From Candidatus Poribacteria bacterium (lineage in GTDB: Bacteria; Poribacteria; WGA-4E; WGA-3G), in assembly GCA_022823085.1 (NCBI GenBank), contig JAJDXV010000021.1:393-64392 (forward strand): a stretch of 64,000 bases of DNA, in the 5' to 3' direction. A program made the position numbers and the translations under genes. Shown in pieces: positions 28,032 to 37,059 of this stretch. The notes beneath the pieces were generated by a model, which saw only the letters and a program-made list of their open reading frames with translations, was not told where the DNA came from and ran no database searches. Within the stretch, counting starts at the first letter, position 1. Every line of letters begins with the position of its first letter.

Positions 28032-28481
28032 ATGGGATATATTATGCGTCACGGTTGGACACTTGAAAAACAAGAGTGGGATATTTTACCACAAGTCATA
28101 GAGGGCACAAGTTGGTCAAAAACAAAGTTAGCCCAACTTTATCGGGACCAGGTGCCTAAACGTTCAGGGGTCTATATTATTTGTGTTAAGATACCTCATT
28201 TCAATCAATCGCCTTTTAAATCACTATACAATGTCATTTATGTTGGAAAAGCCGATAGAGGCACACTATATGACCGTTTTCTCTATCACTGCAACAATCC
28301 AAAACCAGAACTCGTGTTGGCGAGACAATGTTTTGGTGATAATCTCGAATATTGGTACACTGAGGTAAATCCTGATCAGGTACAGGAGCTCGAAGCACGC
28401 CTGATAGGATGCTTTGGCCCACCGGCAAATCTCAAACAGGAAAGTATTCCTGCCAAGACTGCAGAAGGTCGTCCTGCTTGA
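28032..28481 (+). CDS. GIY-YIG nuclease family protein
   Basis: SGVYII...IYVGKA...LYDRF..H...ELEARLI...PPAN. Confidence 0.8.
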   Translation: MGYIMRHGWTLEKQEWDILPQVIEGTSWSKTKLAQLYRDQVPKRSGVYIICVKIPHFNQSPFKSLYNVIYVGKADRGTLYDRFLYHCNNPKPELVLARQCFGDNLEYWYTEVNPDQVQELEARLIGCFGPPANLKQESIPAKTAEGRPA

Positions 28482-28513
28482 TGTTTACTAACTTTGAAAT
28501 ATAGTGGAGGATT

Positions 28514-29956
28514 ATGCTAATGAATTTATATCCAGCTTTACGATCAAAAATGGGTGAATGGAACTACTACGTCGTGAAAATGAGTGCCCGCGAATTGGCT
28601 GATAATGTCCAACTTGCATCCGCTGTGTATGACGAAAACATTCTTGATGAATCAATTCAACGGACTTTAGACGAAGAAATTCAACGCACATTACGAGAAA
28701 CCAGAGTTTACAAAGAGATTGTAGAATATTTAAAACGTCAACCGTATCGATTCTTTTCTTCACTTGTTGTAGCTGCACTTGAAGGAAACCCTATGTTCTA
28801 TCCAGTTGAGATCACAGAAGATCCACAATTTGTCATTTTTCGTGATGACCAACGACTTAATGAGGCGTTTGGCCTTTTGAAGTTTGATGGAACGCAGAAA
28901 TATTACGCTTTAGATGGTCAACACCGATTATCAGCGATCAAGACGCTATTAGACCGAACTAATTCATTGTCTGACGGGGCACCTGAAGATTTTGAAAATG
29001 ATGAGTTTTCTGTCATAGTTGTTGTACCAAGTCAAGCGGATTCCAATCAAACGTTCATGCAAAAGTATCGGCGATTATTCACAAACCTCAACCGCTATGC
29101 CAAGAAGACAGACAAAGCAACAGATATTATGATGGATGAGGACGATACATTTGCTATTCTCACAAGGCAGCTAATAAATAAAAACGACTTCTTTAAATCG
29201 CCCGAGGGAAGACAAAAGGAGTCAACGCGGATTAAAACAAAAAGCAAAAACCTCTCGGTTAACGATCCGCATTTTACTAGTCTTGAGACCTTGTATGAAA
29301 TGAATATTGCTTTGCTAAAATCGGAACAGAGAGAGACTATAGGATGGGGACCCATCAGTACTGAAGGCGAGAATGAAAACACCTTCAAAAGGTTCCGTCC
29401 ACCCGAGGAATACGTTGAAAGTCTCTACAGCGAATTGGAAATGTATTGGAACGCCCTGTTAGCAGAGCTCCCTGTGCTTCATAATGAACCTACTACCAAA
29501 ATGCGGATCCATGAACTCCCTGATGCGGAAACCGAGGATGGAACTGATCATCTATTGTTTTGGCCTATTGGACAGCAAATGCTAGCAGAAATCGTGAGAA
29601 CGTTACTTGACAAACGCCTTCCTGATCCCGAAAATCCTACTCCTGACGCAGTCCGCGAGACTTTAAGCGGACTTAACCAACTAGAATGGCGGCTTCACCA
29701 CGCACCGTGGCGTTATTTTTTATTGATTCGTTCAGCGGCAAATCGCTGGAATATGCGGAGCGAAGAGAGAGCAAAGGCAGTCCGGTGTGGACGGATCATT
29801 CAACAGTGGATCTTGGGATTGGAAGAACTTGACGAAAGTAGAGTTGAACGGTTAAAAAAAGATTGGGCAGGTTTCCTAATTCCGGCGCAACCTGAAGAGG
29901 AAATCAACATGATGTGGCAACAGATTGAACAGATGAAAGTCTCTATATCTGGGTAA
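28514..29956 (+). CDS. DGQHR-domain (DndB-like, ParB/Srx superfamily) protein, paralog 1
   Basis: IQRTL, RFFSSLVVA, YALDGQHRLSAI and RRLFTNLNRYAK; GGAGG ribosome-binding site. Confidence 0.88.
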   Translation: MLMNLYPALRSKMGEWNYYVVKMSARELADNVQLASAVYDENILDESIQRTLDEEIQRTLRETRVYKEIVEYLKRQPYRFFSSLVVAALEGNPMFYPVEITEDPQFVIFRDDQRLNEAFGLLKFDGTQKYYALDGQHRLSAIKTLLDRTNSLSDGAPEDFENDEFSVIVVVPSQADSNQTFMQKYRRLFTNLNRYAKKTDKATDIMMDEDDTFAILTRQLINKNDFFKSPEGRQKESTRIKTKSKNLSVNDPHFTSLETLYEMNIALLKSEQRETIGWGPISTEGENENTFKRFRPPEEYVESLYSELEMYWNALLAELPVLHNEPTTKMRIHELPDAETEDGTDHLLFWPIGQQMLAEIVRTLLDKRLPDPENPTPDAVRETLSGLNQLEWRLHHAPWRYFLLIRSAANRWNMRSEERAKAVRCGRIIQQWILGLEELDESRVERLKKDWAGFLIPAQPEEEINMMWQQIEQMKVSISG

Positions 29957-30024
29957 TTCGTTTGTAATAGAGCATTTTAAGAGGTTTAGGGATATTTCCC
30001 ACAACTTTCAGCCATATACTATAG

Positions 30025-30180
30025 TAACCCAAGTTGCTACTAATGGGTCTTGGGCGTTTCAACACGGTTTTCAGGCCTTTCCCCACCCCAGAGGGGTGAT
30101 ATATCTATAGAAAACAGCGTATTTAACCGCTTGCACTCCAGCGGAGTGCTATGTGTATAAACAGGTGGCAACTTGCGTTA
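30025..30180. mobile_element. MITE-like element
   Basis: Terminal inverted repeats TAACCCAAGTTGCTAC / GTGGCAACTTGCGTTA. Confidence 0.55.
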
Positions 30181-30292
30181 TAGTAAAGTCAAGAATTAAA
30201 AAGACATTTTAGTGATTTCCGAGACCAACCCTCGTAGGGGCGAGGTCCCCTCGCCCGCTGTGAAGTGTCTCATTAATTATGAGATCCACTAT
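30180..30292. mobile_element. MITE-like element (ATAGT...ACTAT family) carrying an internal GTAG REP-like palindrome
   Basis: Imperfect inverted ends; GTAGGGGCGAGGTCCCCTCGCCC at 30234-30256. Relatives lie at 38642-38760 and 62620-62721. Confidence 0.55.
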
Positions 30293-30331
30293 AAATGCTG
30301 ATAACGAAAAAATCATCAACCCTAATGGAGT

Positions 30332-31777
30332 GTGACGCTTATGAATGTTTATCCAGCTTTACGTTCACAAATGGGTACGTGGGACTATTATGTCGTCAAA
30401 ATGAGTACCAGTGAACTAAGTCAAAATGTGAAGTACGCTTCCGAAGTTCATGATGACCGTACTCTTGACAGAGCGATTCAACGACGATTAGATGAAAGTA
30501 GGGTCAAAAAAGATATTGTAGAATATTTGAAACGCCAACCAAATCGCTTTTTTTCGGCAATTGTTGTTGCTGCACTTAATGGAAATCCACGATTCTATCC
30601 AGTTAAGATGACAGATGACCCGCGATTTGTCATTTTTCGGAATGATCCGAGGTTTAGTGAATCATTTGGCGTTTTGGAGTTTGATGGAACACAGAAGTAC
30701 TATGCCTTGGACGGTCAACACCGTTTATCGGCAATCAAAACACTTTTGGATCAAAGTAACTATTCATCTTCTGATAGCATACCCGAAAACTTCGAAAACG
30801 ACGAAATTTCTGTCATCGTCGTCGTGCCGAGCAATGAAGATTCTACTGAAACTTTCATGCAAAAGTACCGTAGACTCTTTTCTAATCTCAATCGCTATGC
30901 TAAACCGATGGATCAGGCAACGAACATCATTATGGACGAGGACGATACATTTGCTATTCTCACGCGACGATTGATTACGGATCATACTTTCTTCCACTCA
31001 GATGTTGAAAGACAATTGGAATCAGAGAAGGTTAAAACTTCAAAGGGCAAAAACCTTAGGACTGGAGATTCATATTTTACCAGCATTGAAACACTATATG
31101 AAATGAATATTAAATTGCTGAGTTCCTCAAAAAGAGTATCTATAGGGTGGGGGCCAGGCAGTAAGGAAGGGCCGGATCTGCAAACCTTTAAAAAGTTCCG
31201 TCCACCTGAGGAATATATTGATAGTTTGTATAACGAATTATTGATGTACTGGGATGGATTACTTGCAGAACTTCCGATTCTTCGCAGCGATCCGATGAAA
31301 ATGCGCTTCCACGAAATTACAGATAAAACAGACAAAGAGGGAACAGATCATTTGCTGTTTTGGCCCATTGGTCAACAAATGCTAGCAGAAATAGCACGGA
31401 AGTTGCTCAACGACCGACTTTCGGCCCCAGAGCATCCTATCGCTGACACTGTGCAGTATGCGTTACAAGGGCTCGGTCTACTGGAATGGAAACTTCACCA
31501 AGCTCCATGGCAATATTTCCTATTAATCCGGACCATGACGCGTACAGGCAAGTCCAAATGGGTAATGCAAAGCGGGGCAAACCGGACTAACGCAGTTAAT
31601 TGTGGTAGTCGAATTCAACAATGGATTCTCGGTTTGAAAGACAACAACGACAAAGACTTTAAGCCTGAGATTCTTAAACGCGAATGGAAAGGATTTCTGA
31701 CCCCCGCCCAATCTGATGAAACAGTTGATGAACTATGGCAACAAGTTGAGGATAGGAAATCTGCTATGGCCTGGTAA
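30332..31777 (+). CDS. DGQHR-domain (DndB-like) protein, paralog 2
   Basis: YALDGQHRLSAI; colinear with and highly similar to 28514-29956. Confidence 0.88.
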   Translation: MTLMNVYPALRSQMGTWDYYVVKMSTSELSQNVKYASEVHDDRTLDRAIQRRLDESRVKKDIVEYLKRQPNRFFSAIVVAALNGNPRFYPVKMTDDPRFVIFRNDPRFSESFGVLEFDGTQKYYALDGQHRLSAIKTLLDQSNYSSSDSIPENFENDEISVIVVVPSNEDSTETFMQKYRRLFSNLNRYAKPMDQATNIIMDEDDTFAILTRRLITDHTFFHSDVERQLESEKVKTSKGKNLRTGDSYFTSIETLYEMNIKLLSSSKRVSIGWGPGSKEGPDLQTFKKFRPPEEYIDSLYNELLMYWDGLLAELPILRSDPMKMRFHEITDKTDKEGTDHLLFWPIGQQMLAEIARKLLNDRLSAPEHPIADTVQYALQGLGLLEWKLHQAPWQYFLLIRTMTRTGKSKWVMQSGANRTNAVNCGSRIQQWILGLKDNNDKDFKPEILKREWKGFLTPAQSDETVDELWQQVEDRKSAMAW

Positions 31778-31930
31778 GTTACCAGTAATGATGTTTTTCA
31801 ATAGATATAATTATAGTTTGGACAATTTCTATGAGACGAATGCCCAATTTTCAAAGCATTTCCGATTTTTCTCTAAGTCTTTCACACAAATACAACTCGT
31901 AGAAAATAGATCCGGATGTGCGAAAGAACA

Positions 31931-32006
31931 GCCCCAGCGGGGCGAAATGTCTATAGAAACGCCATGTGCCCCAAGGTCTAAGCCCCAGCGCGGCGAAATG
32001 TCTATC
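31931..32006 (+). repeat. Two direct copies of GCCCCAGCG(G/C)GGCGAAATGTCTAT
   Basis: Copies at 31931 and 31983; related motifs at about 30087 and 30134. Confidence 0.6.
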
Positions 32007-32047
32007 CCGTAAAAAACTGTCCAGACTATTGTATCAATTACAATTTT

Positions 32048-33193
32048 TTATTTTTTTTCGGTTAGTCGTCTCGATATCTTTGGAATTTCCTTCAAATCGG
32101 GGAGAACGAAAGTCTCACAGCCGCATTCAAGTTTATGGTATTGCCAGTATGAATTAAGTGGTATAGAATCGTAACGCATCTTTTGAAAAGTGTTATGGGT
32201 GCCATCGATATCAACCATACGTATCCAGCCAGGTTTGTCGGGTTCCAAAATTCTATATCTCTGAATACTTGGATCAAGCGCGAATTCGTTATGAATATGA
32301 CCATAGACATAACGATTAGCAAACCTATGGGAAATACCAACCAGCATCCATTCTGGGTCGCAATTCGGACAATGTATTGGATTGCCAATAGTATGCGCGG
32401 TTTCGCCCCTCCTTTTATCAAATAATCGATACATCTTCTGCACCACTTCAAGGATATCTGGAGCATCTATGAGATAGAGACTTTCTGCCTGCTCTCTAAT
32501 AGCAGTAGGAATACCGTGTAGTGCTTCAGCAATGGGACCAGCAATAGCAGCAAGGGTGTCTGAATCACCACCTAAAGATATCGCATTACGCACAGCATCT
32601 TCAAAATTCTTCGACTCCAAAGCACACGTTATCGCTTGAGGGACTGTTCCCTTGCTGGTCATATCAAAAGCATAGTCAGGGCGAATCTCGTCCACAGCCT
32701 GAGTTAAATCATAGTCGTATTCAGTGGCAATAACTTGACGAATGTCCATAGGATCCTGGCCCTGAAACGCGAGCCAAATAGCGTGTGTTGTCGCGCGCGC
32801 GCCTTTCATACCTTCCGGATGATTGTGTGTTAGCTCAGTCACCACATCGGTGGCAGTTAAAGCAGCACTCAAACTACCTCGATTCAGGAATGCCGCTGGA
32901 GAAACACGCATTGCCGCACCATTTCCGGAACTTTGGTATGGCTTAGGAATATCAGAATTGATCCACTCTTTAAATTTTCCACTGTTGAGTTTGGGATAAC
33001 GGCGGCACCACGCCTGCATCGTTGTCGCTGGTTGACGGTCGTTCAATAGAATATCAGCAACAGCAGCAGTGCACACTGTGTCAATTCTAAAATGACAAGC
33101 ATCACTAAAGAAGATAAATTCTTTGGTTTTAATTCGCTCCCGTTCACGATAATAAATAGAACCCACAATGTTCCCTATAATCGCCCCTAACAT
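32048..33193 (-). CDS. ADP-ribosylglycohydrolase (DraG/ARH) family protein with an altered active site and a Cys-rich C-terminal extension
   Basis: MLGAIIG start after an AGGAG RBS; SGNGAAMRVSP, THNHPEG and GGDSDTLAAIAG; tail contains CPNC...HKLECGC. Confidence 0.85.
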   Translation of the reverse strand: MLGAIIGNIVGSIYYRERERIKTKEFIFFSDACHFRIDTVCTAAVADILLNDRQPATTMQAWCRRYPKLNSGKFKEWINSDIPKPYQSSGNGAAMRVSPAAFLNRGSLSAALTATDVVTELTHNHPEGMKGARATTHAIWLAFQGQDPMDIRQVIATEYDYDLTQAVDEIRPDYAFDMTSKGTVPQAITCALESKNFEDAVRNAISLGGDSDTLAAIAGPIAEALHGIPTAIREQAESLYLIDAPDILEVVQKMYRLFDKRRGETAHTIGNPIHCPNCDPEWMLVGISHRFANRYVYGHIHNEFALDPSIQRYRILEPDKPGWIRMVDIDGTHNTFQKMRYDSIPLNSYWQYHKLECGCETFVLPDLKEIPKISRRLTEKK

Positions 33194-33500
33194 ATTTTCT
33201 CCTTTTATTTTTATGCCTTCAAGTTTATGAAGTGCCAACCTTTATTTGCACCAAAAAATCAGTAAAGTTAAGACAAGTTTTGTTTCTCAAATTCGACAGA
33301 TGTGTCAAATACTTTAACGCTGAGTGAGGACGTTTCTATTTACACACCTGTTCGATAAAATGACCGAGGCGTGTTTTAACTTCGTTATACCCTCATATCA
33401 CTGAGATTTTTATTATATCACAATTTTAATTTGGACAGTGGTCCAAGTTTCCAATGGCAGTACACCTCTTAACTTACCACTTATAACTCAAAAAACACCT

Positions 33501-33636
33501 ATGACAAAATGGCACACACTGCCCACCTATTTCTTTAATGCGACAATATGTCATATTCAAAAATCTGCCAAAATGTCACGCTTTCCAGCCCAACCTTGAT
33601 AATATAAGGGTTCTAAAAATTGGCATGAAATTTGCT
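33501..33636 (+). promoter_or_regulatory. Sigma54-type promoter with three upstream dyad (enhancer-like) sites
   Basis: TTGGCATGAAATTTGCT at 33620-33636 has GG-N10-GC spacing. Dyads TGACAAAATGGCA, CGACAATATGTCA and TGCCAAAATGTCA lie at about 33502, 33541 and 33566. Confidence 0.6.
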
Positions 33637-33840
33637 TACATAATCACAGAGGCGTTGTAGCACAAACTGTTAGTTTGTACGGGATATAGCCCAAATTAAC
33701 AAGTAGACGCTACATAAGTCCAACTTTTATCAAACTCACGTTAATTTATTAATAGGCACAGCCATGAAATCCGCAGAGATTTACTTGATAGGTGCGTCGC
33801 TGGTGAGAATGTTACCCTTACCGACGTACCAAGCACAGTA

Positions 33841-34000
33841 TATTAGGTAGTGTTTACGTTTCACCATCAAAATCGCAGGGAAATCAATGAACATCCAATG
33901 AACATCAAGTTATCCTCTGAAGATTCAGATAGATCCCTGCAGAACCATCGAAGTCTTACTCGGACTGGATCCGAAGTCAAAATGTAAACACAACCTAGTA
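33841..34000. other. Fold-back element (structured RNA or MITE)
   Basis: 21-bp imperfect terminal inverted repeat plus inner GCAGGGA/TCCCTGC and TCGGA/TCCGA stems. Confidence 0.5.
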
Positions 34001-34040
34001 ACCAAACGCTTAACCACAATACAATTTAGGAGGTAATATT

Positions 34041-34787
34041 ATGAGTATAGAGTCTATCTATCCGTTGATTCCAGATCATGAAGCCTTACTGGCATTTGAA
34101 CCAGAAGAATTAGCTGGTATTATTTTGGAATATTTTAATTCTAGGGGCACCAAAGGAAAAAGAGTAGTGGTAAGTTGTTACGGTAATTTCATTTCACCAG
34201 AAGCACTAAGAAATTACCCTAGTGGATATGAAGATGATATCCGCGATGCTCTTGTAGAGGCATTGGTGTGGCTGGAAAATGAGGGACTTATAGCACAAGA
34301 CCCCCAACAAAACAGCAGGCACTGGTATTTCATCACGAGACGCGGACGCACATTAGAAGATAGTACTGCCGTAGAAGCCTATCGAAAAGCAAACCTATTA
34401 CCCAAAGGACTCCTTCACCCAATAATGGTTGACAAAGTCTATCCTCTATTTTTGCGGGGTGCTTATGATACTGCTGTATTCCAAGCCTTCAAAGAGGTAG
34501 AGATAACAGTTCGCGAAGCAGGAAAGTACGCTGAAGAAGATTGTGATGTCGAATTGATGAAAAAAGCATTTGACTCTCAGACAGGAAAACTGACCGACAC
34601 AACTCAAACAGAGGATGAAAAACAAGCTACATCCGCTTTATTTATTGGGGCTATGGGTTTATACAAAACTCCCCCCTGTCATCGAAATATAAACTTTACT
34701 GCTGAGAGAGCAGCAGAAGCGATTATTTTCGCGCACCACTTGTTCAAGATTGTTGACTCTAGCACATCAGCATCAACCGCACCATAG
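34041..34787 (+). CDS. TIGR02391 (Ymh-like) family protein
   Basis: LLAFEPEELAG N-terminus; LLHP...YDTAVFQAFKEVEITVR...LMKKAF...LFIGAMGLYK..CHR; GGAGG RBS. Confidence 0.75.
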   Translation: MSIESIYPLIPDHEALLAFEPEELAGIILEYFNSRGTKGKRVVVSCYGNFISPEALRNYPSGYEDDIRDALVEALVWLENEGLIAQDPQQNSRHWYFITRRGRTLEDSTAVEAYRKANLLPKGLLHPIMVDKVYPLFLRGAYDTAVFQAFKEVEITVREAGKYAEEDCDVELMKKAFDSQTGKLTDTTQTEDEKQATSALFIGAMGLYKTPPCHRNINFTAERAAEAIIFAHHLFKIVDSSTSASTAP

Positions 34788-34831
34788 CGGAACTAATCAA
34801 AACCAAAAATATTATTGGAGGTATTTAAGAA

Positions 34832-36037
34832 ATGAGAGAATACGAGTATGATGTTGCTTTATCTTTTGCTGGAGAAGATCGCCAGCACGTTGAAGCATTA
34901 GCAGAACTTTTGGAAAATAACGGTTACAAAGTATTTTATGACAAATATGAACGAGCCCAACTTTGGGGAAAAAACCTCTATACCCATTTGTCATCAATTT
35001 ATAAAGATAAAGCACGCTACTGTGTCCCATTTTTGTCTGAGCATTATGCCCGGAAGTTATGGGCAAATCACGAACTTGAGAGTGCTCAGGCGAGGGCGTT
35101 TGAGGAAAATGAGGAGTATATTCTTCCGGTTAGGCTTGATGATACAGAAATCCCTGGAATTTTGGGAACAGTGGGCTATCTTGATCTGCACTCAATGTCC
35201 ATTGAAGGGATATATCAGGCCCTGATAGAAAAGTTGTCAGATTCACCATCACAACAAACAACTGCCCCATCAACTTCTCCTATAGTTGAAGACACCTCTA
35301 TAGAATTTTCCCTATTAGGTTCAGAGGACGGGAAATTATATTTCTTCCCTCTTCAAGAGGTTCGTCGAGATTCAAGCGAAATGTCCCTTGAACTTCTCCC
35401 AGAATCCCCCGAAAATGTTGCTTTTTTGAGGACCTTGCAGGACAAACTTAGTAACCGATTTTCAAATTCTAACACCCTTGCTTGTGCGTACCGAGAATAC
35501 GCCTCTTGGGTAACACCACAGGACATTGTTGAAACCTCATCTCATTGGGAAATCCGTCTCAGCTCAGATACCAGAAGACATAATTACGATTTTTTCGACG
35601 AGACGACAGTCAACGGTATTCCACCAGACCAGATTGCCAAAATGCGTGCACGAAGAATTTTACTTGATGAAAAACTGGAAGATGTCAATCCAGCGTTGAT
35701 TCCAAACGATGTATTTAGTCAATCAATGCTAGAGACATATATCCGTGGTATGTCCTCATCCTCACATGAGCCTAGATTGCAAGTGACTGAATCCGCAATC
35801 CCGAAACTCTATCAACAACTTAGACAAACCCCAGAACGATTCAAGAAATACGCCCGTCTGGTTTCAATCCTCCATCTGAAACTGTCAAACACAGTTGAAA
35901 ACGTCCTTCAATTAGATTTAGAATTATTAGGACCTACACAATTACAGGTCAGATTTAAGGGGATCCGTCCTAAATTCTATTCAAACATACCCGCTTCAAC
36001 TATTGAATTTGAGGGAATCTGTCCCTTGCTTGTCTGA
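34832..36037 (+). CDS. TIR-domain protein with an unknown C-terminal domain
   Basis: YDVALSFAGEDR, VFYD, WANHEL (catalytic Glu position retained) and ILPVRLD. Confidence 0.88.
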   Translation: MREYEYDVALSFAGEDRQHVEALAELLENNGYKVFYDKYERAQLWGKNLYTHLSSIYKDKARYCVPFLSEHYARKLWANHELESAQARAFEENEEYILPVRLDDTEIPGILGTVGYLDLHSMSIEGIYQALIEKLSDSPSQQTTAPSTSPIVEDTSIEFSLLGSEDGKLYFFPLQEVRRDSSEMSLELLPESPENVAFLRTLQDKLSNRFSNSNTLACAYREYASWVTPQDIVETSSHWEIRLSSDTRRHNYDFFDETTVNGIPPDQIAKMRARRILLDEKLEDVNPALIPNDVFSQSMLETYIRGMSSSSHEPRLQVTESAIPKLYQQLRQTPERFKKYARLVSILHLKLSNTVENVLQLDLELLGPTQLQVRFKGIRPKFYSNIPASTIEFEGICPLLV

Positions 36038-36454
36038 ATGATTGCGGACATTAGAGAAATAAGAAGATTCATAGAGATGTTATTCATCGCATGTTAAAAA
36101 ATGGGAAGGCAACGCGCCATTCCCATTTTTTGGCTAAGTTCGGAAACAGTGTCGGAGGTGTGTACACTGATAAACCTCCACACATTTCCAAATCCCATCA
36201 CAAACACCCTCCAAAAAACCAAATATTTCCCTTGACTTTATACTTTATATATGATAAACTTAAAGTATATTATGTTGAAAGTCTGAGGAAATCAAAATTT
36301 AAACAACTTGCGGGAACAACTGACAACCAAAATCGCAAAAGTTACACTTTCCGTGGCAACTTTTTTTGCAGCGCGGCGAACCAGAAAAAAAACGCCTATA
36401 AACCCTTACTGTGACTGCGTTTACAACCTAACTCCAAAAATTACAAAAAAACAA

Positions 36455-36480
36455 AAAAAGATACCATTTGGTATCTTTTT
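36455..36480. other. Perfect 12-bp inverted repeat (operator-like or terminator-like)
   Basis: AAAAAGATACCA-TT-TGGTATCTTTTT. Confidence 0.5.
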
Positions 36481-37059
36481 AGGTCAAATTGCATCGGCAC
36501 ATTACCAGTCGAAAATGTGGAATGAAAAGGCTATAATCCTAAATCAGTCAAAAACACGAAAATAACCCTTCCTCGAACAGAAGGAGGAGAGAACGGAGGC
36601 ACAGTTAAAACGAAACCATTAACCGACACACCCTAACCCAGCAGAGAAAAAAATACAACGCAGATTTTTGCGTACAAAAAAAATTAAAGCGCTTTTACGG
36701 CCAACTCATAGCGAGTAAGCACTAAAAATTCAAAGTCCATGCGGATCTGAAAATGTAACTCACATAATCTCAGCCAGAAAAGCAAATAAATTAGAAGAGA
36801 GAAATTACTATGAACATTTGGAACTGAAAAACCTCGTCCTCGCATGAAAATTCTAATTAGCACAAGGCGTGATAACTAATAATTGACATCCATCCTTTGG
36901 ATATGTTATCATTTTCATACACTCGGAAATCAGTAGCCTCCTAAAGGAAGAAATCTCCTGACGATGAGAGAACAACGCACACTTTTTGATCTGACACAAA
37001 ACGGTTTGGTTCTCGGCAAAAAGCTCCAACGCATCTATCATCAGGAAATAGGACACAAA

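Noticed and set aside
33841-34000. Retron msr-msd
   Set aside because: It has long terminal inverted repeats, but no reverse transcriptase is encoded in the window.
36091-36565. ORFs of 107 and 85 aa
   Set aside because: Lys/Asn-rich translations of A-rich DNA with no RBS or recognisable domain.
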